Shown here one piece after another: positions 52,201-63,248 of a stretch of DNA of 64,000 bases. A model generated the notes under the pieces. The model was given only the letters and a program-made list of their open reading frames with translations. It did not search any database and was not told where the DNA came from. Position numbers and translations under genes: made by a program. The DNA comes from Haliotis cracherodii (taxonomy: Eukaryota): positions 310,001 through 374,000 of the forward strand of contig NW_027266300.1 of assembly GCF_022045235.1 (NCBI RefSeq), in the 5' to 3' direction. Position 1 is the first letter of the stretch. Every line of letters starts with the position of its first letter.

Positions 52201-53270
52201 TAAGTATATCATCTTGGTGTGTCTGCCGACGGGGTTCACAGTGTAAGTACATCATCTTGGTGTGTCTGCCGACAGGATTCACGATGTAAGTTTATCATCT
52301 TGGTGTGTCTGCCGACAGGATTCACGATGTAAGTTTATCATCTTGGTGTGTCTGCCGACAGGATTCATGATGTAAGTTTATCATCCTGCTGTGTCTGCCG
52401 ATGGAGTTAACGATATAAGTACATCATCTTCCTGTGTCTGCCGATGGGGTTCACAATGTAAGTACATCATCTTGGTGTGTCTGCCGACGGGGTTCACAGT
52501 GTAAGTACATCATCTTGGTGTGTCTGCCGACGGGGTTCACAGTGTAAGTACATCATCTTGGTGTGTCTGCCGACGGGGTTCACAGTGTAAGTACATCATC
52601 TTGGTGTGTCTGCCGAAGGGGTTCACAGTGTAAGTACATCACTCTGTGGCAGGTAGTTCACACCAGGGGGACACGGGTGGCCCAGCAGTTCACTGTGCAG
52701 AGTTGCATCCCTTGGGCATGCCAGGAACCTATGATCACTGGTTGTAATTGTACCAGTTTGCCATGATTATGTCTGTATGTTTGTTAACACCATAAACATG
52801 CTCATCTGATTGACATATTTTCCAGTGTTAAGCTCACTCACTCGCTCATTCACAGCATGGGAACAGTTTTGCAGACGTTTCGGCTTGTTATCTTTGTTTA
52901 TGCAGGTTTCCAATGTTTCAAAACAGTAGTGAGTTAGCGGGGAACTTCTGTGGTATCTTGTTTTACAAATCACCTTGCTCCAGTGTGTTGGCATACAAAA
53001 TGTGAAGTTGTTTCGTTATTTCCTAACTGAGCCGATGCTGTGAGATATATTAGCAACTCACTACTTGTTGATGACTTGTTGAGGATGTATTTGTGTGTTT
53101 ATAGAGCCCTTCGTTATCTGGAGAGCAGGGAGCCCCAGGGATACGAGCCCATGGATGGAGCCGATCTGCAGCCGGAGGAGGAAGGACCATCTGCAGCACC
53201 CAGCGAATCGGAGACCGACAGACTGGCACAGGAGCCAATCAGCTTCATTCAGCTTAGTCAGGATGCATGA
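37209..53270 (+). CDS. SLC46-family (PCFT/SLC46A3-like) MFS transporter; exons 37209-38355, 47996-48079, 50796-50952, 53105-53270 (517 aa)
   Basis: MFS motif A GAVSDRTGRRKIL, multiple TM segments, MMRSIVSRGISPSEQG/SLFA and a hydrophilic tail. GT-AG junctions in phases 1, 1 and 2 give 1554 nt including the stop. Confidence 0.9.
38472..38743 (+). mobile_element. SINE-like element, (AAAC)n tail family
   Basis: 13-bp TSD ACTGAACAACTGT at 38459-38471 and 38744-38756, with an internal 23-bp triplication. Confidence 0.85.
39412..40470. repeat. 43-bp C-rich minisatellite containing CCCTAACCC
   Basis: Unit CCCCACCCCTAACCCTGACTAGTCTTACCACCCACACAGCTGC. Confidence 0.95.
40211..40317. mobile_element. 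107-bp MITE (PIF/Harbinger-like), CTG TSD
   Basis: TIRs GGGCCCGTTTCACAAAG and CTTTGTGAAACAGGCCC with CTG on both sides. The empty site TACTCTGGACTGG occurs at 39421 and 40372. Confidence 0.88.
40543..40943. repeat. 19-bp minisatellite (CCCCTGCCATTTCCGGTGT) arising inside a SINE remnant
   Basis: Preceded by the SINE body ATGTGTGAAGCCCATTTC. Confidence 0.9.
42270..42777 (+). mobile_element. LINE 3'-end fragment (zinc-finger region)
   Basis: LSRFRCGSHDLFIETGRY...CRICK...EDEYHFLCVC, an AATAAA(GATT)n tail, and a 9-bp TSD TGACTTGTG at 42261-42269 and 42778-42786. Confidence 0.9.
43038..43144. mobile_element. 107-bp MITE, CTG TSD
   Basis: Same family and length as 40211-40317. Confidence 0.8.
43528..45250. 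repeat. 55-bp minisatellite (about 31 copies)
   Basis: Unit TGTTGATCTGTCATGTTGTCCAGTCTTGGAGACACTGGGACAGGGTATTTCTTCC. Confidence 0.96.
48232..48850. repeat. 60-bp minisatellite
   Basis: Unit TCATCCCCCCGACTCACCTGTCTGTCACACCTGTCAGCTGGGCAGATCACTGGGGTCAAG. Confidence 0.95.
48876..49127 (+). mobile_element. tRNA-derived SINE (same family as 2820-3141)
   Basis: 13-bp TSD TCAATAGTCGACT at 48863-48875 and 49128-49140. Central region ACCAAAAGACATTAAAAGATGGTAC. Confidence 0.88.
49253..49521. repeat. 90-bp unit repeated three times
   Basis: Three near-identical tandem copies. Confidence 0.93.
49773..50060 (+). mobile_element. Full-length tRNA-derived SINE with (ACTC)n tail
   Basis: A-box-like TGGCCCAGTCGTCTAAGG, B-box GGTTCGAATCC and 13-bp TSD TCTTGCACATTTG. 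Related copies at 57167-57434, about 46290-46470 and about 52667-52745. Confidence 0.9.
50918..52640. repeat. 43-bp minisatellite spanning the exon 3 donor of the SLC46-like gene (about 40 copies)
   Basis: Unit ATCATCTTGGTGTGTCTGCCGACGGGGTTCACAATGTAAGTAC. The first copy is the exon end plus GTAAGTAC. Confidence 0.95.
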
Positions 53271-53884
53271 TCCAACCACTGCACCCGAGTGTCCCATCGA
53301 TAGTCATGGAATTTGCACCTTTACCCAGTGATTGCCAACAGAGGAGAGCTAGTCACCCAGATAGTGTATGTTGGACATCAGGAACCAAGGTTCAGTGTAC
53401 CTATAATCAGAAACCCGAGCTTGTCTCGGCTGACGTTATCAGGGGAAGATCAGCTGTAGTTTACACTGCATCGTATTTCTGTTGCTCAAAAGTGATAGTT
53501 GAAGTTGCCTGTTCTAGTGTCAACTCATTTGGAAGATGTTTTCTGCATATTTATCCACAGTGCTTGTGTTAGTTCCACTGTTATATATCTTGTTTAAGAA
53601 CAATCACAAGAGCTTTGTAGTGTGATCTGTGGCTACATCGGTTACTTGGCTCAGACTCGGAGAAGTACAAAAGCAAGAAGCAGCTGCTCAGTAGGAGGCT
53701 GTGTGGATCTTACGTTGAGAATTGTGCATGACGTTTAATTGTGTGTGACAGGTGCTTGGTGTGTTCACACATCTGCATTGTTGCTGTTGTTACTATGTTG
53801 CATGTCATGTGTGTCTTCAGGATATGATGTGTGTTACTCTCCAGCCATAGTGTGTGTAGTGCATGTCTTCAGGTTATAGTATAA

Positions 53885-54023
53885 GTTATAGCAGTATCAC
53901 GGGGGATATATGTGGTTTCGTGCGTCCCGCCTTAGGTTTTATGCCATGAGCAGGAGGCTAGTGGTATAAATCCAAACACAGGACGCATGAAACCACATGT
54001 ACCCTTTGTGAAACTGCTACAAC
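53885..54023. repeat. Imperfect palindrome of about 140 bp (foldback/MITE-like)
   Basis: GTTATAGCAGTATCAC...ATGTGGTTTCGTGCGTCC pairs with GGACGCATGAAACCACAT...GTGAAACTGCTACAAC. Confidence 0.8.
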
Positions 54024-54876
54024 AAATTTATCTTTCTGACATCTTTTAATATGACATTGTAAAAGAATTAAGACAAATTCAAAACTGATAGAAAACAGCT
54101 GTTTGTATGAGCTGTTAACTTGTGCTATGTTACATGACTTTCATTGACTCGGAAAAAGCCTGCGACTTTTTGCTTCAAAGCTGGATATATGAGATTTATT
54201 CTGCCTCTCAGAAATCTGTCTTGTTCATGGCGGGGTATAAGGGATTTTTTCTCTCGCTGAGCAATTTATTTCCCTCCAAAGTGGGATACATAGTATTTTA
54301 TCAAGATCACTTTGAACAATCAGATCTCATCAGATCAGATCAGATCAGATCAGATCATGTGTGTTATTATCCAAACTTAGTATGTGTATGTAATGTTTGT
54401 CTTCAGGATATCTTGAGGATGTAATATTATCCAGATATAGTGTGTTTAATGTGTGTCTTCAGGATTTAATGTGTGCTGTTGTCCAGATGTCGTGTGTGTA
54501 ATATGTGTTACAGGGATATTGTGTGTGGGATTGGACAGTCGAGATTATTCTGTGCTCATATTGTTGCACCACCCACTGAAACTTAAGAAATTATTGTGAA
54601 ACAAAACAGTAGGCTGTGTTGACATGATTGATGAGCATGATGAATATGTTGTTTTCTTCACTGTCCACCATCCTTGATTTCTTCAACCATATGCCGTATT
54701 TCCACAGGTCTGTCTATCCAGGAAAACATAATGTCCGGGATACACCGCTTCCCATCTCACTTTGGATGGAAAGTTAATTTGTTGTGGCCTTATATAACAG
54801 ATGAATTAAAATCAAATGAAGTCAGCATTATACACGATGCCACACAGGCCATGTATGGGGCCAACGCAGGGGGTAA

Positions 54877-55898
54877 AGTCTGTGTAGTACAGGTGAGACG
54901 TCTATAAGCCAGTCTGTGTAGTGCAGGTGAGACTTATATAAGCCAGTCTGTGTAGTGCAGGTGAGACTTATATAAGCCAGTCTGTGTAGTACAGGTGAGA
55001 CGTCTATAAGCCAGTCTGTGTAGTACAGGTGAGACTTATATAAGCCAGTCTGTGTAGTACAGGTGAGACTTATATAAGCCAGTCTGTGTAGTGCAGGTGA
55101 GACGTCTATAAGCCAGTCTGTGTAGTACAGGTGAGACTTATATAAGCCAGTCTGTGTAGTACAGGTGAGACGTCTATAAGCCAGTCTGTGTAGTGCAGGT
55201 GAGACTTATATAAGCCAGTCTGTGTAGTACAGGTGAGACTTATATAAGCCAGTCTGTGTAGTGCAGGTGAGACTTATATAAGCCAGTCTGTGTAGTGCAG
55301 GTGAGACTTATATAAGCCAGTCTGTGTAGTACAGGTGAGACTTATATAAGCCAGTCTGTGTAGTACAGGTGAGACTTATATAAGCCAGTCTGTGTAGTAC
55401 AGGTGAGACTTATATAAGCCAGTCTGTGTAGTACAGGTGAGACTTATATAAGCCAGTCTGTGTAGTACAGGTGAGACGTCTATAAGCCAGTCTGTGTAGT
55501 ACAGGTGAGACTTATATAAGCCAGTCTGTGTAGTACAGGTGAGACGTCTATAAGCCAGTCTGTGTAGTGCAGGTGAGACTTATATAAGCCAGTCTGTGTA
55601 GTACAGGTGAGACTTATATAAGCCAGTCTGTGTAGTGCAGGTGAGACTTATATAAGCCAGTCTGTGTAGTACAGGTGAGACTTATATAAGCCAGTCTGTG
55701 TAGTACAGGTGAGACTTATATAAGCCAGTCTGTGTAGTGCAGGTGAGACTTATATAAGCCAGTCTGTGTAGTACAGGTGAGACTTATATAAGCCAGTCTG
55801 TGTAGTGCAGGTGAGACGTCTATAAGCCAGTCTGTGTAGTACAGGTGAGACTTATATAAGCCAGTATGTGTAGTGCAGGTGAGACTTATATAAGCCAG
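54877..55898. repeat. 34-bp minisatellite (AGTCTGTGTAGTACAGGTGAGACTTATATAAGCC), about 30 copies
   Basis: Tandem array. Confidence 0.96.
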
Positions 55899-56336
55899 GA
55901 AGAATTGAAACTTTTCTTTCCTCTTTTGGCTTGCAGTTGAAACCATACATGACATCTGATGTCGTTGACCTTCCATTTGCAAAGTGCATATTTCATTTCA
56001 GTTAGTATGTGTTGTCTACAGAGAGAGATATTTTTACAGCATGTTCTATGTGTGTTAGGAATTTGTTATTTCCTTGTCTGCTGTTTTCCTTCAACTTCAA
56101 CGAAAGATGATCCTGTAGCCATGGTAGCTTGAATGTGTTACATGAACCAGAATGCATACAGTACATGTCTGTATCCAGGGACGTGTCCTCGCACAGGTGA
56201 TGCAAGGTTTGGTGGTTAATTTAAAAAAAATATTTATATTCCACCTGGCCCGTTTGTAAACTCTAAAAGTTAATCCATGGAAACAACATAAAATTACGTT
56301 TATCTGTAAGCATAGTAATAATGATGATTTCAGAGT

Positions 56337-56525
56337 TTATTTGTTTTTTTGTTTAACGCTGCACCGAGCAATATTCAAGCTATATGACAGCGGTCTGTAA
56401 ATAATCAAGAATGGAGCATACAATCCAGTGATTGACATTCAGAACATCGATCTATGCAACTGGGATACTGTGAAAACCATCCACCAAGTCAGCGAATGTG
56501 ACCACCATATCCCATTGGTTGTCAG
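56337..56525 (-). mobile_element. SINE-like element, (AAAC)n family, diverged
   Basis: GTTTAACGC...AATATTC...CGGTCTGTAAATAATC...CAATCCAGTGATTGA shared with 26507-26775. Confidence 0.75.
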
Positions 56526-57166
56526 GCTATTCCAGTTGATCTACAGGAACATCGACTACATGGTAGCGTATTTGTTTTTTATTTTTTTAAAAACACATCT
56601 TCACTAAAATCAAGATAAAGAGACCAAAGTGATATATTTTGAACTAAGAAAATTTGGAAATCTGTTTTTTTTCAGTAGCTTAGAATTTTTGTAGATAAGA
56701 TATATTTTCCATGACGGTGGAAATAGATTGGTGAGGATTTGAGGATTTATATATGACTGAATGCTATGATGGAGTTGGATGTGTGTGCTGTGAATGTCAC
56801 AATTACTGCAGGAATGTTTGATATTTGTACCCTGTTAGTCCAATATTTGCCATAATCTATACTCACAAAACAGCCAAATGTTACTAGTTAATTTTGTGTA
56901 CATAATTATCCTTGTGTTGTCGACACTTACAGCAGGTCGGGCCTGATAGCCAGGAGGTACTTGACTTGTGACCTCGTAGCACGCAGTATGATAAATACCC
57001 TGTCCCCATCCAGGCCACATGCATTGGCTACTTGCACAACACCAGCTTCGTATGTTTGCCTCGAGTCACTTCTCGTACATGTGGAGGTTACAGCATCAGT
57101 CATTCTCTGACGAAGCACCAGTAATTGCCTGGTATGCATGTCAACTGTGTAAAAAACCTGTTTGTT

Positions 57167-57434
57167 TGGGGGCAGTCGTCCTAAGGTGCCACGATTCACT
57201 GTGCAGAGTTGCATCCCTTGGGCACACAGAAACCTATGATTGTGGGTTGGAATCCCGGTTCGCCTCGATTATGTTTCTAGGTTTGTCAGCACCATACCGT
57301 GCTCGTGGGTTTCACCGAACTGGTAAACGTCTGAGACCTGCATCACTTCGGGCTTTCCTCCCACATTAAGCTGACACGCCACGATTTAACTAATACTGTT
57401 AAAAGCGGCGTTCAATCCAACAACTCACTCACTC
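57167..57434 (+). mobile_element. tRNA-derived SINE (family of 49773-50060)
   Basis: Clear similarity across the body and the ACTC tail. Confidence 0.85.
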
Positions 57435-58502
57435 TTTCGGATGGGTCCTGTTTTCATATGGTTTTGGTCAAGACCTACCTTGATCATTCAGTACCTGGAA
57501 GTGGACAGTGTGATGAGATGGATTCAGGGGCAGACTCCCTCGTTCCAGGTGCCGGTCGTGGGGCATCAGTGTGTGTTCTAACCACTGACATTGATGAGGA
57601 ATTGTAGCAACAAATATTTGAAGTACTATTTACTTCCCTACCATTCCACAGTTGTGAGTTTGTCTTTTACAAGGTGTTGCTGTTACAGATTTGTTTGTTT
57701 CCTACCTTATTATATATATATTATCTTGTTATGCATTCGGGTTGTTGAATATGCATGATCTCAGACCCTTGGTTTTCTCCAGAAATCTGTTAGATGGTAG
57801 TGTACTCTTTGATCGTTTTTGTATGTCCCAAACTAAAACGTTTTGATTTTCATGACTCCATGCTCCTGACCACACTCGGTGTACACATATATAGGAGTCA
57901 GAGTGCATGGGCAGGTGACCAGTTGCACAAAGTAATGGATACTCTAAAGACACGTTTTTCAAGGCCTAAGAAATAACTGTTAGTTACAAAACTAATTTGT
58001 GTAAGTTTGAACATAAATTTGTAAATGCATTTGCTTGGCATTAATAGATTATTGTCATTTTGTATAGCTTTCAAGTTTGGAAATAATTGAATCAAGCTAC
58101 TCAACTGTTAACTTTTGATGAACTTGGTGTGTTTTTTCACTTTGATATGTGTTGACAAGACTCCTTCGAATAATTTCTGTGATAATACTATATTGCCCAT
58201 GTATCATGTCTGGTGTCACTTCGACATGAAACTATGGACAGCAATGTTGTTTATCATTTGTAACTAACACCAGGGCTGTTTCTTGCCCCTGCTTCAACTG
58301 AACAATGATGTTATCATATTCATCCAAGGTCTAACTGCCAATAAAAAATGTGAGTGCATTTATTTCAAATATCCAGGCATCCAGTGTGTTTGGGATCCTA
58401 TGGAGGTGGAGTCTTGGCTCAAGTTATCGATGTAACACCAATGCAACAGGAGGCACCTTGGAATAGTTTGAATGGTAATCAGGAATCTCTCGGACTTCCA
58501 AT

Positions 58503-58652
58503 GGGTTGGTGGGGTAGCCAAATGGGCAAAGTGTTGACTCGTAATGTGGTAGAGCTGGGTTCAAATCCCTACATGGGTACAATGTGTGAAGCCCATTTCT
58601 GGTTTTCCCGCCATGATATTACTGGTGTAGAACCCATCTCACTCACTCACTC
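58503..58652 (+). mobile_element. tRNA-derived SINE (family of 6983-7117)
   Basis: GGGTTCAAATCCC, ATGGGTACAATGTGTGAAGCCCATTTCTGG and an ACTC tail. Confidence 0.8.
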
Positions 58653-60484
58653 TTCATGATGCAAATGAAGCGTTTCATCAAATATAATCAAATACTTTGA
58701 AGTAGGAGATACATCCTGTCCTGTCATCCTGTCACCCCCTCCCTCCCCGACACGGACTCATGGATGCATTTTACTGTGAAATCAAAACAATTCTGGGGCA
58801 TTGTCAGCTTGGCATCTCAAATAGGGAATATGTAATATTGTAAAATTCTCTTTTTATTTGGTGCATTTTATTCCAGTTGAAGAACAGCATAATTCCATGT
58901 TTTGTAAATCTCCTGTTTGCAACTAATATAGTATTTATTTATTGCCGCACCTAATTAACTTGTATAGCTGTGATAGTTGTTTTTGAATATGCTGTGTTTT
59001 ATTGTCAGTGCTTTGAAATAATAATGGACTGCTCTCACAAAAGATGTAGTTGTAATTGTGAGGTCGTTTTTATAACACTTTGGATGCAATTTCAGACATT
59101 GTGTTGGATTGAATTGGCTATCACAACGCTTGAATGGCCATACAGGCTTATTGCTATATGAAGTTTGAATGTCCATTGCTATTTTGTGTTTATGTGTTAT
59201 TGTTATTTGTTTTGTTTGCAAGTAGTTCAAATTAATGCTAATTATGCAGGTGGAAGTCAATTAGCACTATTTCATAATCAGTACACTTTTATACGATTTA
59301 TGCTTTTTATATAAAAAATAATATTTGAATAACTTTTTGTAACACATTTTATTAAACTTTATGGACATCTACCAAAATGGAGCTTGAAAATAACAGTGAC
59401 ACGTACTTAACATTGTCAGTCAGTTGAATTTACATGCTTCCTGAATTATGTACGCTTCAGGGTTACGTCTTCATACTCTCCAAGCCGTTCCTCCTCATGG
59501 ATGTATTTATGTCATCAGTAAAATATTAAAATAACCATGTATGTAGGGGTTTCAAGCATGAAGTTCTAAGGCTCTGGTTTAATTATATTGTATGTGTGCA
59601 TCTTTGATATTCTACTCATGTTACTGTTTTTAACAAGTGGTCATGTTATTCCAGGCCTTGTCCACCACTAGCCAGACTTAGATTAAAAGTGTATTCAAGT
59701 TAGGAGAAACACATAAATGCTGTTAGGTTCTGTTATAAAGGTTTTTGTCACACTGCCACACAGCGGACCGACCACGTGGCCGTAGGGTCAGGTGCCACTG
59801 TACTGCAGTGAGGGCGTGGCAGACAACGACTGGTCATGTGACTCACGTGGAGGGGAGAGCTACAGGTGCACTAGTCCATATGATTGTGAATAAAGTCGAT
59901 GCTGTTGCAACTACACTGTTGTAATGTGTTTTGTTAGCTAAAAAGGATGTTGGTGGGAGCCAGCATGGCTGCATATTGGTCAAACAAGTGAGACCTACTT
60001 CACTCACTGACTCATGTTTTTCCAGAAACAAGCGGGAACTAAGCCCCTTGGTCGCACACTTCATATTGGTTAGAAACTTACAACACCTAATTCACTCCCA
60101 ACCAAAAAAACAAGCTGGACTCCCATATATGGACAGACGCGAGGGCCGGTATGAACGGTGGTGGTACAACTAAACCGCAATCCTCTGTGCCCAACGACGG
60201 CGTGGTCATATTGGTGCCTCGTTTGGGAGTAGAACGGAAGTTATCATTCCCATTTTGCTAGGACACGATGTGACACTGTTGATCTAGTTGAGGTCTGACG
60301 TGTGGTCACCAGACCATAGTGTGGCCGTCCATCAGTAGGCTTAATGCTGGTTCACAGAGACCCCCACATTAATGTGATTAGGATTAATACCCCCGTTGTG
60401 CTTTGCGAACAACAAAAAAACGATATCCAATATATATATCAAACATTTATTTGCGCGCTGTCTTCACGACGACGGCGGCCGCCA

Positions 60485-63248
60485 TCATTGGACGGAGCAG
60501 ACCTTCCCCTGTTGGTGCTTTACCTGATCTGGTAAGTTTGTCCGCCGGTTGTGTGATAGTTTCTCCATCACCTGAAAACAGGACCAGGGATGACATCTGC
60601 CCAGCCGAGAGTAGCACACCTTACACTGCCTCTGGTGATGATGCCGTTTGGTAACCCCTGCGTGTATTTCATTTACCCTGTCGACTTCCCGACCAGTACC
60701 CATGGCAACTGAAGACGCTATGTATTTGGCTTTAACAAACTGGGACCCGTACCACAAAGCTATCGTAGAGCCACGACTTTCGTAAGCTTATATTAAAGAA
60801 TGGGCGTTACGATCATCTTAGCGCTAAGATCGCTTTGTGGAACGGGACCCTGAACAGTTAAGAACCCATACTTTTCTCAACAATAGCCAATATTGCATCT
60901 GATATAACACACTGCACTTTCGACGATGCTAATTGTTGTTTTTCGTGCCTAAATCGAAGCTCTGAAAGCGAATGGATCCAGGATATTTATCCCACGATAA
61001 AAAGTAGATATAACACACTGAATATTCGAGGAGAACCATTGTTCTTTCCCGGAGAGACATCGGTTGGGGTGTCATCCCTAGCAAACGCAGTCGTTCCTGG
61101 TACTGGAAAAGTCAGGGGAAAGATGTCCTGATTTATTTCCTAAAGCTGGTCTGTGTAGAACAGGACCCTTGCCCCCAGGTCGTAAGAGCAGACAGAAATG
61201 GGAATTGGTTGGTTATTGTGTAGTCTTGCGAATTGTGTATCTTCGCGCCCAAAACCACTGGTTTGTCCGAGTGTTCACAGATGGCCGTCACACAACTGGA
61301 CTAGTGATGAAGAAAGTGGGTATCAACAATCCCCTCACGATCCAACAACCGCCCTAAACAATTCCCAATAACATTAGACGTAAGGCAATGGCATCGTCCG
61401 TAGCCAACACATATAATAATACCCAGTTTAAAACAATATTGCTCGAACAGGTGCTTGGCTATAATCAGTTTAACGCGAACAATGAGGCCCTAGGGGTGTT
61501 CAAAACCTGCATAAAATGACATGTTCAATGCAGTGTTTTACAATAGCATCAGGAGATCGCCAAAGTCACACCAATAAAGTAGCATGCAGTCGCCTTTACT
61601 GGCACTCGTATATAATAGACCCATACACTATTGTCCCTGGCCATTGCAGTATATTGATTCAATATCGCTAACACCAATAAATATGTTATTGTTCTGAAAT
61701 AACCAAGGTTCCCATGGTTACAATGTCTCTATCAGCTGTAGGCGATCGTAACAAATGTTTTCGGACTGTTTCGACTGGTGGCTATCGATCCATGCACGTG
61801 TATGCGCTGACCCCGGGGCCAGTAAGCCCAGGGGAGGGGGAGGGGGTCGCTGTGGATGGGCGAGGTTACATATGATGATGTCACAACGCCTGTTATTCCT
61901 GTCGTCCCTACGGTCGTTCAGTTCAGTTATTCTAGTTTAATCTGGTGAATCGCCATTACAGAGCAATCTGGCGAAGACAAATAATAATGAACGGCTGGCA
62001 ACATCTCTCGTCGTGACAGAGACAGCTTACATTGATTTACTCTGGTCAGATTTCGTATCTGTACACATGGCACCGCATTCACCTCCGATATATGATGTGG
62101 GGGCTTACGTAAACTCCGGTTGACGTTTAACACTCGGAAACAATATGCATACACTCGTCTCCTTTCGTGCCTTTCCGTGCACACTGGGACTTCCCCCGGA
62201 ATGACACGGGTGGTTTGTTTGGCTACGCGAACATTGTTTAGTCATTTTCAAATAGAATCGGATTCATATTGTTCATCGTGGTTGCGGCGAATGTCTTGAT
62301 TTACATTAAAGTTTATGAATAAACAGTTTTGAGTTGTCCAGAGAGACACCATTCACAATTGAACAGAATTTTGTACTTGTTTGTGTATCGCCTAGTATCT
62401 CTGTGGCGACACTCTGTGATTCTGTGAATGCTGGTGTATGTCAAAAACCCAGCAGACCAGTTTCCCTTTGGGGATCGGGGGACACAATGGCTGGTACTAG
62501 GGATATAAGTCGGACGGGAAACCGCTCTTAAACACCTACTTCAGCCGCCATAGCGCTGACGAAACCTCCAAATCCCCCACTCACAATGCAGACTTTCCAG
62601 TTCTGCTGCCAGCGCCATGCAAGCCCTCTGATGTGCATCGATCGATTGTGTTTTAATATGGTGAAAACATGCCTGCCTGTCAAGTCCAGTCTGTGTTGAT
62701 GCTCGAGTTGTAATGGCCGTCAGGAACTCCGTACATCAACCCCATGGACAAACTCCACCGCGCTGCGTGCCTGACCCACGCGACATGCGGGACATGCGGG
62801 ACACCAGGAGCCTGTTCACTGCTGGAGGAGTATTGTATAGACACCAGACACCAGGTCCGCCATGACACACCCAGAGGGTATCTCTTCATTCAGAACTTTA
62901 ATAATGGATCAACCTTAACGATTTAGATTTAACAGACCGGAGGTGGAGAAATTGCCCTATTATATGATTCCCCCTTTTTTTTCAAAATTCCAAACAATGA
63001 ACGCAACTTTGACAACGGCAACTTTGATTTGATTGAGAAAAGCGCAAACATTCACCTTAAGATGTTAAGGTTGCGTTTCTATGACAACACATACAGGATT
63101 CGCCATTACTTACAGTGAGCGCCTCCAGGAACTCGATGGTTCCACTCCCGTCTGTGTCCATCTCCTTGAGGATCTCTTCGACCTTGCCGGGGGTGAACAC
63201 GGTCACGCTCACTATCAGCACTCGGTCCAGCTCATCCACATCAATTAC
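60485..63248 (-). CDS. 3' part of an EF-hand Ca2+-binding protein with a C-terminal CaaX motif; exons 63248-63114 and 60571-60485 (5' exons beyond the window)
   Basis: Exon VIDVDELDRVL...EEILKEMDTDGSGTIEFLEALT (canonical EF loop DTDGSGTIEFLE) is bounded by GCAG and GTAAGT. A phase-0 join to TTTCAG|VMEKLSHNRRTNLPDQVKHQQGKVCSVQ* completes the frame. Confidence 0.78.
60743..60849. mobile_element. 107-bp MITE, CTG TSD
   Basis: GGACCCGTACCACAAAGC...GCTTTGTGGAACGGGACC, same length as the other two copies. Confidence 0.82.
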
